Source: an uncultured bacterium
Lineage (GTDB): Bacteria; Omnitrophota; Omnitrophia; Omnitrophales; Aquincolibacteriaceae
Length of the DNA: 64,000 bases
Direction: 5' to 3'
Assembly: GCA_964410905.1 (NCBI GenBank)
Contig: CAYPIR010000007.1
Span: 11,773 to 75,772 of the forward strand
Shown here: positions 9,821 to 21,114 of the stretch, piece after piece
Layout of the letters: each line of letters opens with the position of its first letter
How positions within the stretch are numbered: the first letter of the stretch is position 1
Position numbers and translations under genes: made by a program
The notes under the pieces: model-generated
Told to the model about the DNA's origin: nothing
Databases searched by the model: none
The model's input: only the letters and a program-made list of their open reading frames with translations

Positions 9821-11722
9821 ATGACCACGACAAAAAAAACTCTCATCATTGCGCTTGCTATAGGGTTGTTTTTTTCTTATACCCTCTACGCCGAAGACGC
9901 AACGGTTACCGCGACTTTGGAACCGACCTCTGTTCAAGTAGGGCAGCAAGCAACCATGAGCATTCAAGTATCCGGGCAGACCCAAAATGTTCAGACGCCT
10001 CGTCCTCCGTCCTTGAGCGACATTGATATTTTTTATAGCGGTCGATCTTCTCGTATTTCAATGGTAAACGGAGTAACTGCTGCGAGTTTAAATTTTATTT
10101 ATGTTTTGGTTCCAAAACGAGAAGGTGATATTTCAGTCCCGCCATTCGATGTCTCAGTTGACAACAAAATCATAAAAACACCGGAATTTAATTTAAAAGT
10201 CCGCGGCGTAAAAGCGATGCCGCAGGCAGCCAATCCTAATCCTTACGCAAACACACCGGCAGCAAACACCGCGCCATCTCTTCAATCGGTATCGCTTGGC
10301 GCTGGCGAAGACAATAATGTTTTTGCTCGCGTTTGGACGGATAAAAAAACGCTTTATCAAAATGAGCAGCTGCTTTTAATTTATTCGCTTTATACGCGTT
10401 ACGATACGCGATATGAAGGCTTTGACAAAGAAGCTGAGACTAGCGGGTTTTGGATAGAAGAGTTCCCAATTGGGCCGGATGTCCCTAGAGAAACTACTAC
10501 GGTAAACGGCAAGCGGTATGTAAAAGCCGATGTTCGCAAAATGGCGCTTTTTCCAACTGCACCGGGAAATTACACGATACAACCTGGCAGTTTGAAAGTA
10601 TCGGTTTTGGAAGAAAAACGCGACAGCAAAAGTTTATTTGACGAGTTCTTTAGCGACAATTTTTTTAATGGCAATCCAATGTTTTCGCGCAGGCAAAACC
10701 GTTCGCTTAATATGCCCGCAATACAGTTGGAAGTCCTGCCTTTGCCGGAAGTTGCCCGCCCGGCGAGTTTTCAAGGCGCGGTCGGACAATTTAAGTTAAC
10801 TGCCGCTATAGACCACGCCAGAGTTAAACAAAATGAACCTGTAACATTGAAAATCACCATAGAAGGCGAAGGCAATATTGAGACGCTTTCGAGACCGAAA
10901 GTCCCAGAACTTACGGGGTTTAAAACATATGACGCCGATACCAATTCAAAACTTTTTCAAAACGCGAATGTTGTCGGCGGAAGCAAAACTTTTGAAGTGG
11001 TGTTTATCCCTAAAAATGAAGGGCAGTCATTTATTCCGCCGCTTGAGTTTAGTTATTTCGACCCGCGTCTTGCGAAGTATAAGGTTTTGCAAACTCCCAA
11101 TTTCCCCATAACAGTAGAAAAAAATGATGTAACTTTCCAATTGCCCGATTCTGTTGAAAACGTGTCGCTTTTTCAAAAGAAAGTTCGTTCTGAGACAAAA
11201 GATATACGATTTATCGATGAAAAAATAACAAGTCTCAAATGGCTTCGAGTCGTGGATTTAAGTTTTTTAATTTTGTTATGGGTAGACATTTTTCTCGTTT
11301 TAGTTTTTCTGGTGCTCTGGAATCGCTCGCGCCGAGAAAAAGTTTTTTCAAAAGATGTAGCGCTTAAAAGACGCAAAACAGCGCGTTTGACGGCGGACGC
11401 CAATATCAAAAATCTCAAAAACTTGGCGAGCAAATCGAATGCGGAATCGTTGACGAAATTTTTTGTTGAGGTGGAACGCTCTCTAACTCAATATCTTACG
11501 GATAAGTGGAATTTGTCGGTTTATGGAGTAACGCGACAGGAGTTGGAAGATATTTTGACGCGGCACTTTGACGCGGATGATGCGCACTTGAAAGAAGTTC
11601 TTGAGCTGTTTCGGCTTTGCGATGAATCAAGATTCGGGAAGTGTTCTCTTCCTCAATCTTCAAAAAAAATCGCACTCAGAATTTTTCAAGAAACGGTAAA
11701 CAAAATAGAAAGGATGCGATGA
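9821..11722 (+). CDS. batD: BatD-like protein.
   Basis: Signal peptide, a long extracytoplasmic domain, a single C-terminal TM helix and a roughly 100-aa cytoplasmic tail. Size and architecture match BatD, and a TPR+SH3 BatE-like gene follows immediately. Confidence 0.5.
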   Translation: MTTTKKTLIIALAIGLFFSYTLYAEDATVTATLEPTSVQVGQQATMSIQVSGQTQNVQTPRPPSLSDIDIFYSGRSSRISMVNGVTAASLNFIYVLVPKREGDISVPPFDVSVDNKIIKTPEFNLKVRGVKAMPQAANPNPYANTPAANTAPSLQSVSLGAGEDNNVFARVWTDKKTLYQNEQLLLIYSLYTRYDTRYEGFDKEAETSGFWIEEFPIGPDVPRETTTVNGKRYVKADVRKMALFPTAPGNYTIQPGSLKVSVLEEKRDSKSLFDEFFSDNFFNGNPMFSRRQNRSLNMPAIQLEVLPLPEVARPASFQGAVGQFKLTAAIDHARVKQNEPVTLKITIEGEGNIETLSRPKVPELTGFKTYDADTNSKLFQNANVVGGSKTFEVVFIPKNEGQSFIPPLEFSYFDPRLAKYKVLQTPNFPITVEKNDVTFQLPDSVENVSLFQKKVRSETKDIRFIDEKITSLKWLRVVDLSFLILLWVDIFLVLVFLVLWNRSRREKVFSKDVALKRRKTARLTADANIKNLKNLASKSNAESLTKFFVEVERSLTQYLTDKWNLSVYGVTRQELEDILTRHFDADDAHLKEVLELFRLCDESRFGKCSLPQSSKKIALRIFQETVNKIERMR

Positions 11723-12474
11723 TGAGAAAAATAGTTTTATTTTGCGTCTTTTCTATTCTGCTCGCTTTGCCCGCTTTGGCTCAGGATGTTCAAGAGTCGT
11801 TTCATAAAGCGAATGAATTTTATCGCGCGGGAGATTACGCGAAGGCTGAAAAAATTTATAGTAATTTGATTGAATTAAATCCCAATGTCGCGTCTTTCTA
11901 TTATGATTTAGCGAATACGCAAGTCCGGCTTGGAAAATTGAGTTCTGCGATTTTGAATTATGAGAAAACGCTTTTGCTTGCTCCGCGAAATAAAGACGCG
12001 CGGGATAATTTGAAATACGCGCGCGGACTTTTGGAATACAGTGTTGAAGACACGCGTAATTGGTATGTTAGGACAGGTGAAGCGGTTTTGAAATTTGCTA
12101 CAAAAAAAGAAATTTTGACAGCGGAGCTTTTGGCATTATTTGTTTTTTTTATTAATGGAATGCTGTTTTTTTTGACAAGACGAAATGCTTTTTGGAGTTC
12201 ATGGCAAAAAGTTTGGCTGGTTGTTCTTTTGCTTGTTTCCATAGTTGTTTTGGCAAAATATTTGCAGAGCGACAGACTTCGCGAAGCCGTTGTGGTTCAG
12301 AAGGAATGCGACGCGAGATTCGGTCCTTCAGTCCGCGATTCCGCGGCGTTTAAAATGGGCGAGGGAATAAAGGTTTTTGTGGTTGATAGAAGAGAAGATT
12401 GGAGCAGGGTTCTTTTGACTAATGGCGAAAGTGGTTGGGTTAACGATAATGATATAGCGGAGGTTGTGTTGTGA
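11719..12474 (+). CDS. batE: BatE-like TPR plus SH3-like domain membrane protein. The start is taken at the ATG overlapping the batD stop. The ORF track starts it at 11641 inside batD.
   Basis: Signal peptide and TPR repeats. A TM helix follows. The C-terminal SH3b-like segment reads [32 protein letters not shown] lies upstream of the ATG at 11719. Confidence 0.5.
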   Translation: MMRKIVLFCVFSILLALPALAQDVQESFHKANEFYRAGDYAKAEKIYSNLIELNPNVASFYYDLANTQVRLGKLSSAILNYEKTLLLAPRNKDARDNLKYARGLLEYSVEDTRNWYVRTGEAVLKFATKKEILTAELLALFVFFINGMLFFLTRRNAFWSSWQKVWLVVLLLVSIVVLAKYLQSDRLREAVVVQKECDARFGPSVRDSAAFKMGEGIKVFVVDRREDWSRVLLTNGESGWVNDNDIAEVVL

Positions 12475-13661
12475 AAAAAATGCCTGATATAAATGGACAT
12501 TTTGGTGACTACGGCGGGCGTTACGTTCCTGAAACACTTATTCGCGCTTGTAACGAGTTGACTGACGCTTACGCGAAAATCAAAAAGGATAAAAAGTTTC
12601 AGGCGGAACTTGCTGACTATTTTCGCGATTATGTCGGACGGCCTTCTCCGGTTTATGAGGCTAAGCGTTTGGCTAAATATTTTGGACGTGGACGGATATT
12701 TTTAAAGCGTGAAGATTTAACGCATACTGGCTCACATAAATTGAACAACGCAATCGCGCAAGCGCTTTTGGCGAGACGTATGGGAAAAACACGCGTTGTG
12801 GCGGAAACAGGCGCGGGACAGCACGGCCTTGCCTCTGCTACCGCGGCAAGTGTTTTGGGATTGAAATGCGTTGTATATATGGGAGCGGTTGACATTGAAC
12901 GGCAGGCTCTTAATGTTTATAAAATGAAATTGCTTGGCTCGGAAGTCCGTCCAGTCCATTCTGGTTCAAAGACTTTGAAAGACGCGACCAACGAGGCCAT
13001 TCGTGATTGGGTCGCCAACGTTGAGGACACTCATTATTTGCTTGGCTCTGTTATGGGACCTCATCCGTATCCTATGATGGTTCGTGATTTTCAGTCGGTT
13101 ATTGGAAAGGAGACGCGGAAACAAATGCTCGAGAAAATAGGAAAACTTCCTAATTATGTTTTGGCATGTGTTGGTGGTGGAAGCAATTCTATAGGAATGT
13201 TTTATCGGTTCCTTGCCGACAAGTCTGTCAAGATGATTGCGCTTGAGGCTGCGGGAAAGGGAATTGAAACGCCATATCACGCGGCGACTATGACAAAAGG
13301 CAGACCGGGAGTTTTGCATGGAATGAAAAGTTATTTGTTGCAAGATTGTGAAGGGCAAGTCCTGCTTGCGCACTCGATTTCTGCCGGACTTGACTATCCT
13401 GGAGTTGGTCCGGAGCATTCTTATTTACGAGATGTCGGACGAGTTTTGTATCGAGCGATAACGGACGGTGAGGCGCTAAAAGGTTTTGAACTTTTAACAA
13501 AATTAGAAGGAATAATGCCCGCCTTGGAATCAGCTCACGCCATCGGCTATCTGCCCAAACTAATGCCCAAAACAAAAAAGTCCGATGTCGTAGTGGTTTG
13601 CCTTTCAGGACGAGGAGATAAAGACATACATACAATAAGTGAATATTTGAAACGGAAGTGA
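12471..13661 (+). CDS. trpB: Tryptophan synthase beta chain.
   Basis: [12 protein letters not shown] motif. PLP-lysine motif [18 protein letters not shown]-like motif. Confidence 0.9.
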   Translation: MKKMPDINGHFGDYGGRYVPETLIRACNELTDAYAKIKKDKKFQAELADYFRDYVGRPSPVYEAKRLAKYFGRGRIFLKREDLTHTGSHKLNNAIAQALLARRMGKTRVVAETGAGQHGLASATAASVLGLKCVVYMGAVDIERQALNVYKMKLLGSEVRPVHSGSKTLKDATNEAIRDWVANVEDTHYLLGSVMGPHPYPMMVRDFQSVIGKETRKQMLEKIGKLPNYVLACVGGGSNSIGMFYRFLADKSVKMIALEAAGKGIETPYHAATMTKGRPGVLHGMKSYLLQDCEGQVLLAHSISAGLDYPGVGPEHSYLRDVGRVLYRAITDGEALKGFELLTKLEGIMPALESAHAIGYLPKLMPKTKKSDVVVVCLSGRGDKDIHTISEYLKRK

Positions 13662-13804
13662 AATAAAAATTGATTTGTAAAAACAAAGCTGAAATTAGCA
13701 CGGTTATTATTCTGAAAATATGAAATGCTATTGTGTTTTTGCGGATTTATGTTAAATAATCTCAGATTAGAATATTTAGGGATAATAATTTTGTAAAAAA
13801 TAAA

Positions 13805-14599
13805 TTGGATAATATGAAAAATAACTTTGACGATAAAATTTTGGAAAATAAAAAAAATGGCCTCAAACTTTTTTGTGTGTTTTTAACCTACGCGTATCCA
13901 AACGTAAAAGCGACAGAACGGCTGATTTTACAAGCCGAAAAAGACGGCGTTGATATTATCGAACTTGGTTTTCCTTTTTCTGATCCGCTCGCGGACGGTC
14001 CGACAATTCAGCACGCGTCCGAACAAGTCCTTAAAAAACACGTCAAAATAAAAGACGCGTTCAAACTTGTCAGCCGCGTCAGGGAAAAAGGCGCGCGAGT
14101 TCCAATAGTTTATTTTGGCTATTTCAATCCAATTTTGTCATATGGCATAAAAGACTTCGCTTGCGATGCCCGCCGCGCCGGAATAGACGGACTTATTTTG
14201 CCCGATCTTCCTCCCGAAGAGGAACGCGATTTTTTTACGTCGTGTGAAAAAGTCGATTTGAAATTTATTCAACTTGTCGCGCCGACTACAACTTTGGCGC
14301 GCGCGAAATATCTTGCTGCCAAGACGCAAGGCTTTCTCTATTATGTATCGCTTCGCGGCGTAACCGGCGCGAGAGCGAGTCTGCCTAAGGATTTGTCGGC
14401 AAATATTAAAAAGGTAAAAAAATTATCAAAAGTGCCCGTGTTGGCGGGCTTTGGCGTGTCGACTCCGGAGCAAGCGAGGTCTATTTGTAAAACGGCTGAT
14501 GGTGTTATAGTGGGAAGCGCGGTTATCTCGCGGCTTGGTAAAAGCGTCGCGGAAACCGAACGCTACATAAAACAAATGTCGCGAGCGGTTCACGCGTAA
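13805..14599 (+). CDS. trpA: Tryptophan synthase alpha chain.
   Basis: ELGFPFSDPLADGPTIQ motif and a C-terminal GFG...GVIVGSA motif. Confidence 0.88.
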   Translation: MDNMKNNFDDKILENKKNGLKLFCVFLTYAYPNVKATERLILQAEKDGVDIIELGFPFSDPLADGPTIQHASEQVLKKHVKIKDAFKLVSRVREKGARVPIVYFGYFNPILSYGIKDFACDARRAGIDGLILPDLPPEEERDFFTSCEKVDLKFIQLVAPTTTLARAKYLAAKTQGFLYYVSLRGVTGARASLPKDLSANIKKVKKLSKVPVLAGFGVSTPEQARSICKTADGVIVGSAVISRLGKSVAETERYIKQMSRAVHA

Positions 14600-15042
14600 T
14601 GAACGAAACTGTTTTAGGATTGGATTTGGGAGAAAAGCGAATCGGTGTCGCAATCGCGCATGCGGGAACCAATATAGCGCTGCCGCTTACTACGATAGAA
14701 GTCAAAGGACGCGGCAAATCCCTAGAGGAAATTAAACGACTTGTTCAGTCTTATAAGGTAAAAAAAATAGTTGTTGGGCTTCCAAAAACATTGAAGGGCG
14801 AAATAGGAATTGCGGCAGAAAAACGCGTCAAAGAAACAGAGTGGTATCGCGGGCAGATTGATATTCCAATAGATATGTGGGACGAGAGACTTTCATCAAA
14901 AGAAGCGGAACGGATTTTGTTGGATTTTGATGTGAGCAGGGAACGTCGGAAAGAAGTTATAGACAAGCTCGCGGCGCAGAGAATTTTGCAAAATTATATT
15001 GATTTTTTCATGTCAAATCCGAAAGGGAATTATGACTTATAA
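14599..15042 (+). CDS. ruvX: Putative pre-16S rRNA nuclease / Holliday junction resolvase-like protein YqgF.
   Basis: LGLDLGEKRIGVAI N-terminus typical of the YqgF/RuvX RNase H-like fold. Confidence 0.8.
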   Translation: MNETVLGLDLGEKRIGVAIAHAGTNIALPLTTIEVKGRGKSLEEIKRLVQSYKVKKIVVGLPKTLKGEIGIAAEKRVKETEWYRGQIDIPIDMWDERLSSKEAERILLDFDVSRERRKEVIDKLAAQRILQNYIDFFMSNPKGNYDL

Positions 15043-16303
15043 ACTAACTACGCTTGAAAATGGACTCAAAGTGCTGACCGTAAAAATGCTTAATAGGGCG
15101 TCTGCCGGCGTGGCTATTGCCGTTAAAGCGGGCGGGAGATACGAACCAAAAAAAATCTCCGGAGTGTCACATTTTTTGGAGCATATGCTTTTCAAAGGAA
15201 CAAAAAAACGCAATACGCGTCAGATAAAAGAGGAAATAGAAGGAGTGGGCGGAGTTTTAAACGCGTTTACGGCAGAAGAAGTTACGTGCTACTATGCCAA
15301 GCTTCGCAAAGAGCATTATCCGCGAGCACTTGAGGTTTTGTCTGATATGGTGCTGAACGCGACTGTTCCGGAAAATGAATTAAAAAAAGAACGTACGGTT
15401 ATTTTAGAAGAAATAAAAATGTATCAAGATGTTCCCTCGTATCATGTCCAAGAACTTATTAGCGAACTTTTGTGGCAAGGCCAGCCGCTTGGGCGTAATT
15501 TGGCGGGGACGCCTGAAACGGTGAGCGCGATGTCGCGCAAAGATATTCTTGATTACAAGAATGCCTTTTATAATGGCGTGAATATGTTAGTGGCCGTGTC
15601 GGGCGATATTGAGCACGAGGATGTTTTGAGACGGGTCAGGCAAATCTTTAGAACAAAAAAAGTCCAAAAAAAATCAAAATTCGTGGTGGCTGACAGTTCG
15701 CAATCAAAACCAAAAACAAGTTATCTTGAAAAGAAAACGGAGCAAACGCATTTTGTTTTGGGATTTCATTCGCTTCCGCATTCTCATCCGGACAGATATA
15801 AGCAAACGCTTTTGCACGTGATTTTGGGAGCGAATATGTCGAGCCGTCTTTTTGATGAAGTTCGCGAAAAGCGTGGACTTGCTTATGAAATAAAATCAGG
15901 CATATCGGGTTTTTACGACACGGGAGCATTTACAATATCCGTCGGAGTCGAGACAAGCAAGGTGTCAAAGACTGTAGAAGTTATTATGCAGGAACTTAAA
16001 AAAATCAGTTCGAAGGTTGTCGCACCGGAAGAATTGCGGAGAGCGAAAGAATATTATAAAAGCCAGGTGTCTTTAAGTGTAGAGGACACGCTGGACCATT
16101 TGTTTCGCGCCGTGGAAAAAACATTTCGCGATGATGGAATGCTAGACATTAAAGACACTTGTGAGAAAATTGAGAAAGTAACGGCGGAAGAAATTCTCGC
16201 GGTTGCGAAAAAAATTTTTAGAACCAACAATATTAATCTTGCTTTGATAGGCCCGGTTGATTCGGATTATCAAAAAAAGATTACAAGCAAACTAAAAATA
16301 TAA
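15032..16303 (+). CDS. M16-family (pitrilysin/insulinase-like) zinc peptidase.
   Basis: Inverzincin motif HFLEHMLFKGT with a downstream E. Size is ~420 aa. The start is taken at MTYKLTTLENG, 11 nt inside the ruvX end. Confidence 0.8.
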   Translation: MTYKLTTLENGLKVLTVKMLNRASAGVAIAVKAGGRYEPKKISGVSHFLEHMLFKGTKKRNTRQIKEEIEGVGGVLNAFTAEEVTCYYAKLRKEHYPRALEVLSDMVLNATVPENELKKERTVILEEIKMYQDVPSYHVQELISELLWQGQPLGRNLAGTPETVSAMSRKDILDYKNAFYNGVNMLVAVSGDIEHEDVLRRVRQIFRTKKVQKKSKFVVADSSQSKPKTSYLEKKTEQTHFVLGFHSLPHSHPDRYKQTLLHVILGANMSSRLFDEVREKRGLAYEIKSGISGFYDTGAFTISVGVETSKVSKTVEVIMQELKKISSKVVAPEELRRAKEYYKSQVSLSVEDTLDHLFRAVEKTFRDDGMLDIKDTCEKIEKVTAEEILAVAKKIFRTNNINLALIGPVDSDYQKKITSKLKI

Positions 16304-16305
16304 AA

Positions 16306-16959
16306 ATGAAAAAAATACTTATAGCGCCAAGCCTGTTATCAGCGGATTTTGGACGGTTGCGAGAAGAAGTCCACGACATCGAAGGCGCCGGAGCGGACGT
16401 TTTGCACGTTGATGTGATGGACGGAGTTTTTGTTCCTAATTTGACCATCGGGCCATTGGTTGTCTCGGCGGTAAAAAAAATCGCGACAATTCCTCTTGAT
16501 GTTCACCTTATGATTACGGAGCCGTCCCGCTATATCGCGGAATTTCGCAAGGCGGGAGCGGATTGGATTACTATTCACGTTGAGTCTGAGAAAAATATAA
16601 CGTCTACGCTGCGGCAAATCCGCGAACTTGGCGCGAAGGCAGGTATTTCATTAAAACCAAAAACTTCAGTTTTGGAAATAAAACCGTATTTTGAATTTCT
16701 GGATTTGATTTTGGTTATGTCCGTTGAACCCGGATTTGGCGGTCAATCTTTTATGAAAGAGCAGATGCAAAAGCTCGCGGAACTTCGCTCGGAATTTAGC
16801 GGACTTATTTCTGTCGATGGCGGAATTGATTCAGTAACCGCTGCTTCGGCGGTTTCCGCGGGGGCGGACGTTTTGGTCGCGGGCAGCGCGATTTTCGGAA
16901 AACCCGACCGCGCAAAAGCAATACAAGATATTAGAGAGACTATTCAAAAGACATTGTGA
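16306..16959 (+). CDS. rpe: Ribulose-phosphate 3-epimerase.
   Basis: [18 protein letters not shown] motif and a C-terminal VDGGI motif. Confidence 0.88.
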   Translation: MKKILIAPSLLSADFGRLREEVHDIEGAGADVLHVDVMDGVFVPNLTIGPLVVSAVKKIATIPLDVHLMITEPSRYIAEFRKAGADWITIHVESEKNITSTLRQIRELGAKAGISLKPKTSVLEIKPYFEFLDLILVMSVEPGFGGQSFMKEQMQKLAELRSEFSGLISVDGGIDSVTAASAVSAGADVLVAGSAIFGKPDRAKAIQDIRETIQKTL

Positions 16960-18743
16960 TGATCCCTTCAAAAATCCGTAACTTTTCCATTATCGCGCAT
17001 ATTGACCACGGCAAATCCACGCTTGCCGACAGACTTCTTTTGCACAGCGGCGCGATAAGCAAGAGGGAGTTTCGCGATCAAATTCTTGACGATATGGACT
17101 TGGAAAGAGAACGCGGAATCACGATCAAGGCGCGCGCCGTCAGAATCCGCTACAAAGATTATTGGCTCAATTTAATTGATACACCCGGACATATTGATTT
17201 TACTTATGAGGTTTCAAAAAGTCTCGCGGCTTGCGAAGGCGTTTTGCTTTTAGTCGATGCCGGACAAGGAATTCAGGCGCAAACGGTTACTAATCTTTAT
17301 CTCGCGCTTGAACGCAATCTCAAGATCATTCCTATCGTAACAAAAATCGATTTGTCCGCGGCGGAGCCCGAACGCGTTAAAAAAGAAATCATGGATTTTC
17401 TTGGAGTAGATGAGAGCGAAATAATTTTGGCGAGCGCTAAAACAGGCGAAGGAGCGGAGGAAATACTTCAAGCGATTATTCACAAAATCCCGCCGCCGCA
17501 AGGAGATTTAGACAAACCATTGCGGGCACTTATATTCGATTCAAAGTTCGACAGTTATCAAGGCGTTGTGGCGTATTTCCGCGTGTTTGACGGAAGGCTT
17601 AAACTTGGCGATAAAGTTTTGATGATGCAAACAAAAAACGAACACGATGTTGAGCAAATAGGTATATTCAATCCCAATCCCGAGCAGGTTAAAGAACTTG
17701 GCGCCGGCGCGGTCGGATTTGTAAACGCCAATATAAAAGACATTGCGGATGTGAAAATCGGCGATACGATGACGCTTGCCTCATCCCCTGCGACAGATCC
17801 GCTGCCCGGCTATCAAGATGTCAAGCCGATGGTTTTTTGCGGACTTTACCCAATACAAGCAAAAGACTTTACGATACTTCGTGATGCCCTCGCTAAACTT
17901 CGTTTGAACGACTCTTCTTTTGTATACGAACCCGAATCCTCGGCGTCTCTGGGCAACGGCTATCGCTGCGGATTTCTCGGGCTGCTTCACATGGATATTA
18001 TTAAAGAGCGGCTCGAACGGGAGTTTAATTTGGAGCTTATAATCACCGCTCCGAACGTCGTTTACAAAGTTCTCACTACAAAAGGCGATATTCTTGAAAT
18101 TGAGAATCCGACAAAACTTCCGCCTGTTCAGCAAATCGAGATTATTGAAGAGCCGTATATTCGCGTGCGCGTAATGATTCCCGCGTCCGCGCTTGGTCCA
18201 ATAATGCAACTATGTCAAGATAGACGCGGTGATTATATCGGAACAGATTATATTGACCCGACTCGCGCTATTCTCACTTACGAAATTCCGTTTTCTGAAA
18301 TAGTTATGGATTTTTATGACAAAATTAAATCCATGACGGCGGGATACGGCTCGCTAAATTATGAGTTTATCGGACACAAACCGTCCGACCTTGTCAAAAT
18401 GGATATTCTAATAAACAGCGAACCTGTGGACGCTCTCGCGATTATTACTTGGAAAGAAAAGGCATATCCGCGTGGAAAAGCGCTTGTCGCAAAACTTAAG
18501 GAAGTAATTCCGCGGCAAATGTTTGAAGTCGTAATTCAAGCGGCGATTGGAGCCAAAATTATCTCACGCGATTCAATCAGCGCGATGAAAAAAAATGTTA
18601 CCGCGAAGTGTTACGGCGGTGACATTACGCGCAAACGGAAACTTTGGGAAAGGCAAAAGGAAGGGAAGAAGCGAATGAAAAAAATTGGGCGCGTGGATTT
18701 GCCGCAGGAAGCGTTTATCAGCGTATTGAAGGTGGATGAATGA
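16956..18743 (+). CDS. lepA: Translation elongation factor 4. Start is GTG at 16956 or ATG at 16959.
   Basis: [23 protein letters not shown]1 motif, DTPGHIDF motif and the LepA C-terminal domain. Confidence 0.92.
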   Translation: MMIPSKIRNFSIIAHIDHGKSTLADRLLLHSGAISKREFRDQILDDMDLERERGITIKARAVRIRYKDYWLNLIDTPGHIDFTYEVSKSLAACEGVLLLVDAGQGIQAQTVTNLYLALERNLKIIPIVTKIDLSAAEPERVKKEIMDFLGVDESEIILASAKTGEGAEEILQAIIHKIPPPQGDLDKPLRALIFDSKFDSYQGVVAYFRVFDGRLKLGDKVLMMQTKNEHDVEQIGIFNPNPEQVKELGAGAVGFVNANIKDIADVKIGDTMTLASSPATDPLPGYQDVKPMVFCGLYPIQAKDFTILRDALAKLRLNDSSFVYEPESSASLGNGYRCGFLGLLHMDIIKERLEREFNLELIITAPNVVYKVLTTKGDILEIENPTKLPPVQQIEIIEEPYIRVRVMIPASALGPIMQLCQDRRGDYIGTDYIDPTRAILTYEIPFSEIVMDFYDKIKSMTAGYGSLNYEFIGHKPSDLVKMDILINSEPVDALAIITWKEKAYPRGKALVAKLKEVIPRQMFEVVIQAAIGAKIISRDSISAMKKNVTAKCYGGDITRKRKLWERQKEGKKRMKKIGRVDLPQEAFISVLKVDE

Positions 18744-19405
18744 AGACGGAAATTGTTGAATGGCTGCAAAAAAACATTTGGCTTTTGCCGGTTATTTTTC
18801 TGGTTGCTATGCTGTATAGAAACAAAATTACTTCGGAATGGAAACTTGCCAGGTCTGAACCGACGAAGTGGGTATATGAAAAATGGAAGAATTGGGGCGA
18901 GCCGCTTTTAGTCGCCGCAATTTTGGCGATTTTAATCCGCACATTTGTTTTTGGACCATACAAAATTCCTACAGGCTCGATGAAGCCGACTTTTATGGAA
19001 CAAGATAAAATTTTTGTTGACAAGATTAGCTATCGATTCCATGAGCCGAAACGCGGCGACATCATAGTTTTTAAATATCCCGTTGATCCTAAAAAGGATT
19101 TCGTTAAGCGTTTGATCGGGCTTCCCGGCGATGCGGTTGAAATCCGCAAAGGCGTTGTTATTGTCAATGGAAAATCTTTAACCGAGCCTCCGTTTTCAAA
19201 ATATATTTACTACAATGTTGACGATTGGAACTATGGGAAAACAGGGCAGGTTATAAATGTCCCCGAAAATAACTATTTTGTGCTTGGGGATAACTCCGCG
19301 CATTCGGCGGATAGCCGCCAGTGGGGATTTGTCCCCCAAAAAGATTTGGTGGGGCGGGCGTTTATGATTTGGTGGCCGCCAAAACGAATTCGTTGGGCGG
19401 AATGA
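18740..19405 (+). CDS. lepB: Signal peptidase I.
   Basis: GSMKPTF (Ser box), [10 protein letters not shown] and [13 protein letters not shown] boxes. ATGA overlap with lepA. Confidence 0.9.
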   Translation: MKTEIVEWLQKNIWLLPVIFLVAMLYRNKITSEWKLARSEPTKWVYEKWKNWGEPLLVAAILAILIRTFVFGPYKIPTGSMKPTFMEQDKIFVDKISYRFHEPKRGDIIVFKYPVDPKKDFVKRLIGLPGDAVEIRKGVVIVNGKSLTEPPFSKYIYYNVDDWNYGKTGQVINVPENNYFVLGDNSAHSADSRQWGFVPQKDLVGRAFMIWWPPKRIRWAE

Positions 19406-19553
19406 CAACAACCGTAAGCTTGCGATGCTTCCTCTCCTTACGAATTGGTCACAAGTGTGGAATAAAATTTGCATACCGAATAAAGAATTAATCAAAATTT
19501 TCTTTATTTTACCCTTCGCTTTGCCGTTAATGGTTTTGCGGAGGAACTAAAAA

Positions 19554-20210
19554 ATGCAAACAGAATTATTTGAATTTCCCACACCTAAAGCAATCCTTGA
19601 AGAGCGAACTGCTCCAAAAGCCTCATTTCTTGAGAAAAAAATTTTTATACTAAGAGTTGATCATCTGCTCGCCATTTTTATGCTGCTATCTGTTTTTTAT
19701 GTACTCGTCTTTTCTTGGGGAGTGGAAAACGGAAAAAGACAACTGGCGAAAAGTCGGATTTTTCGCGTGCCTTCCGAACAAGTTGTAGAAACAAACACAG
19801 ACGTTGGCGGAGTTTTGCCGCAGACAGTTGCTGCTAGTGAAAGAGCGACGCAGGTTTTTCAACCTGCCGCAAAAATTATGTCGTCTGAAAGTGTTCAAGT
19901 TGAAATACCGCGAGAGGTCCCCATGACTGTGAGCGAATTACCTAAACCTATCGCGCAAGTCGTTCGTCCCGAAGGACAATTTACAATTCAACACGTAACT
20001 TATGTAACGCAAAAAGCAGCTGAAGCGGAAATCGCAAGATTGTCTAAACTGGGCTATCAAGCCTTCACGATACCAAGTGGAAAGCATTATCAAGTCTGCA
20101 TTGACGCGTTTCAAACAAAAGAGTCGGCGAAGGAAATGCTGAAGAATTTGCGGACAAAAAAAATAGTTTCCGGCGATGCGTATGTCCGTCCCATGATAAG
20201 AAGTAGCTAG
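19554..20210 (+). CDS. SPOR-domain membrane protein.
   Basis: N-terminal TM helix and a C-terminal SPOR-like segment (FTIQHVTYVTQKAAEAEIARLSKLGYQAFTI...YQVCIDAFQTKESA). Confidence 0.55.
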   Translation: MQTELFEFPTPKAILEERTAPKASFLEKKIFILRVDHLLAIFMLLSVFYVLVFSWGVENGKRQLAKSRIFRVPSEQVVETNTDVGGVLPQTVAASERATQVFQPAAKIMSSESVQVEIPREVPMTVSELPKPIAQVVRPEGQFTIQHVTYVTQKAAEAEIARLSKLGYQAFTIPSGKHYQVCIDAFQTKESAKEMLKNLRTKKIVSGDAYVRPMIRSS

Positions 20211-20278
20211 CGTATTCGTATGCCTTCCTTAGTGAAAAAATATTTTAAAATTTACTAATTTGCTCTAGTCAATTCAGT

Positions 20279-20284
20279 AGAGCT
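20279..20284 (+). promoter_or_regulatory. Candidate sigma70 -10 hexamer TATAAT with a weak -35 (tagtca) 17 nt upstream, ahead of the small basic-protein gene.
   Basis: Perfect TATAAT roughly 75 nt upstream of the ATG at 20360. AGGAG RBS at 20344-20348. Confidence 0.3.
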
Positions 20285-20359
20285 TCGTTATAATGCGAAA
20301 ATTCCCGGTAAAAAAAGTCGCGGATAATTTAAAAATTAAATCAAGGAGTTAAAGTTTTT

Positions 20360-20611
20360 ATGTCTCAGCATAATAGTCTTAGGTCCGATAGCGTCGGCGT
20401 AAAACATAGAAATGTTTTTAAGCGTGGCGAGCGTGTCAAAAAACTTCAAGATATTGGCAAGTGGAATCGCGAGTCTGTTTTTTATCTTCCTAAAGTTAAA
20501 TCAATGAAAATTAAAGTGAAAAAGAGTGCGGGGAAAGAAGAAAAAGAAGGTGAAGCAAAACCAGCAGCCGGTGCCGCCGCAAAAGCCGCTGCTCCTGCAG
20601 CAAAAAAATAA
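20360..20611 (+). CDS. Small basic hypothetical protein with a Lys/Ala-rich tail.
   Basis: 83-aa ORF with a strong AGGAG RBS. The C-terminal tail reads KPAAGAAAKAAAPAAKK. Confidence 0.45.
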   Translation: MSQHNSLRSDSVGVKHRNVFKRGERVKKLQDIGKWNRESVFYLPKVKSMKIKVKKSAGKEEKEGEAKPAAGAAAKAAAPAAKK

Positions 20612-20616
20612 GACAA

Positions 20617-21114
20617 ATGATAGAGATCAGACGTTGGACAAAAGGAGATTCTGAAGCGGTTTTAAAACTTATTGTTGATATTATGGACAAAGAGTTTCAA
20701 GACGCGAAGCATGCCTATCCGATGGAAGACGTTGAGGCAATTGATAAGGCCTATAGCGCAATAGGCGAAGCTTTTTTTGTTGCCGTTGATAAAAAGTCTC
20801 AACAAGTAATTGGGACTGTCGCGGTCAAAAAAGAAGATGAACGCACAGCTCTTTTAAGGCGGCTTTTCGTATCTTCTAATTATCGAAATCAAAAGGTTGG
20901 CAGGAGTTTGGTCGGGCGGGCTTTGGAATTTGCCCGCGAAGTTGGCTATCATGAAATGATTTTTAAGACAACTTCTAAAATGTCCGGTGCGATTGAGCTC
21001 TGTCGCAAAAATGGATTTGTTCAACGCGCTCATATTGTGTTAGGTCCTATTGAATTGATTAAATTGGCGTTAGCGCTTAACGGCGATGCTATCGGCACTA
21101 AGAGGAATTCCTAA
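20617..21114 (+). CDS. GNAT-family N-acetyltransferase.
   Basis: Acetyl-CoA-binding motif-A-like RRLFVSSNYRNQKVGRSLV. Confidence 0.65.
   Translation: MIEIRRWTKGDSEAVLKLIVDIMDKEFQDAKHAYPMEDVEAIDKAYSAIGEAFFVAVDKKSQQVIGTVAVKKEDERTALLRRLFVSSNYRNQKVGRSLVGRALEFAREVGYHEMIFKTTSKMSGAIELCRKNGFVQRAHIVLGPIELIKLALALNGDAIGTKRNS

Noticed and set aside
11641-11718. Upstream ATG at 11641 as the batE-like start.
   Set aside because: It lies entirely inside the batD coding region and encodes a non-signal-peptide extension. The ATG at 11719 directly precedes a typical signal peptide and follows AGGA.
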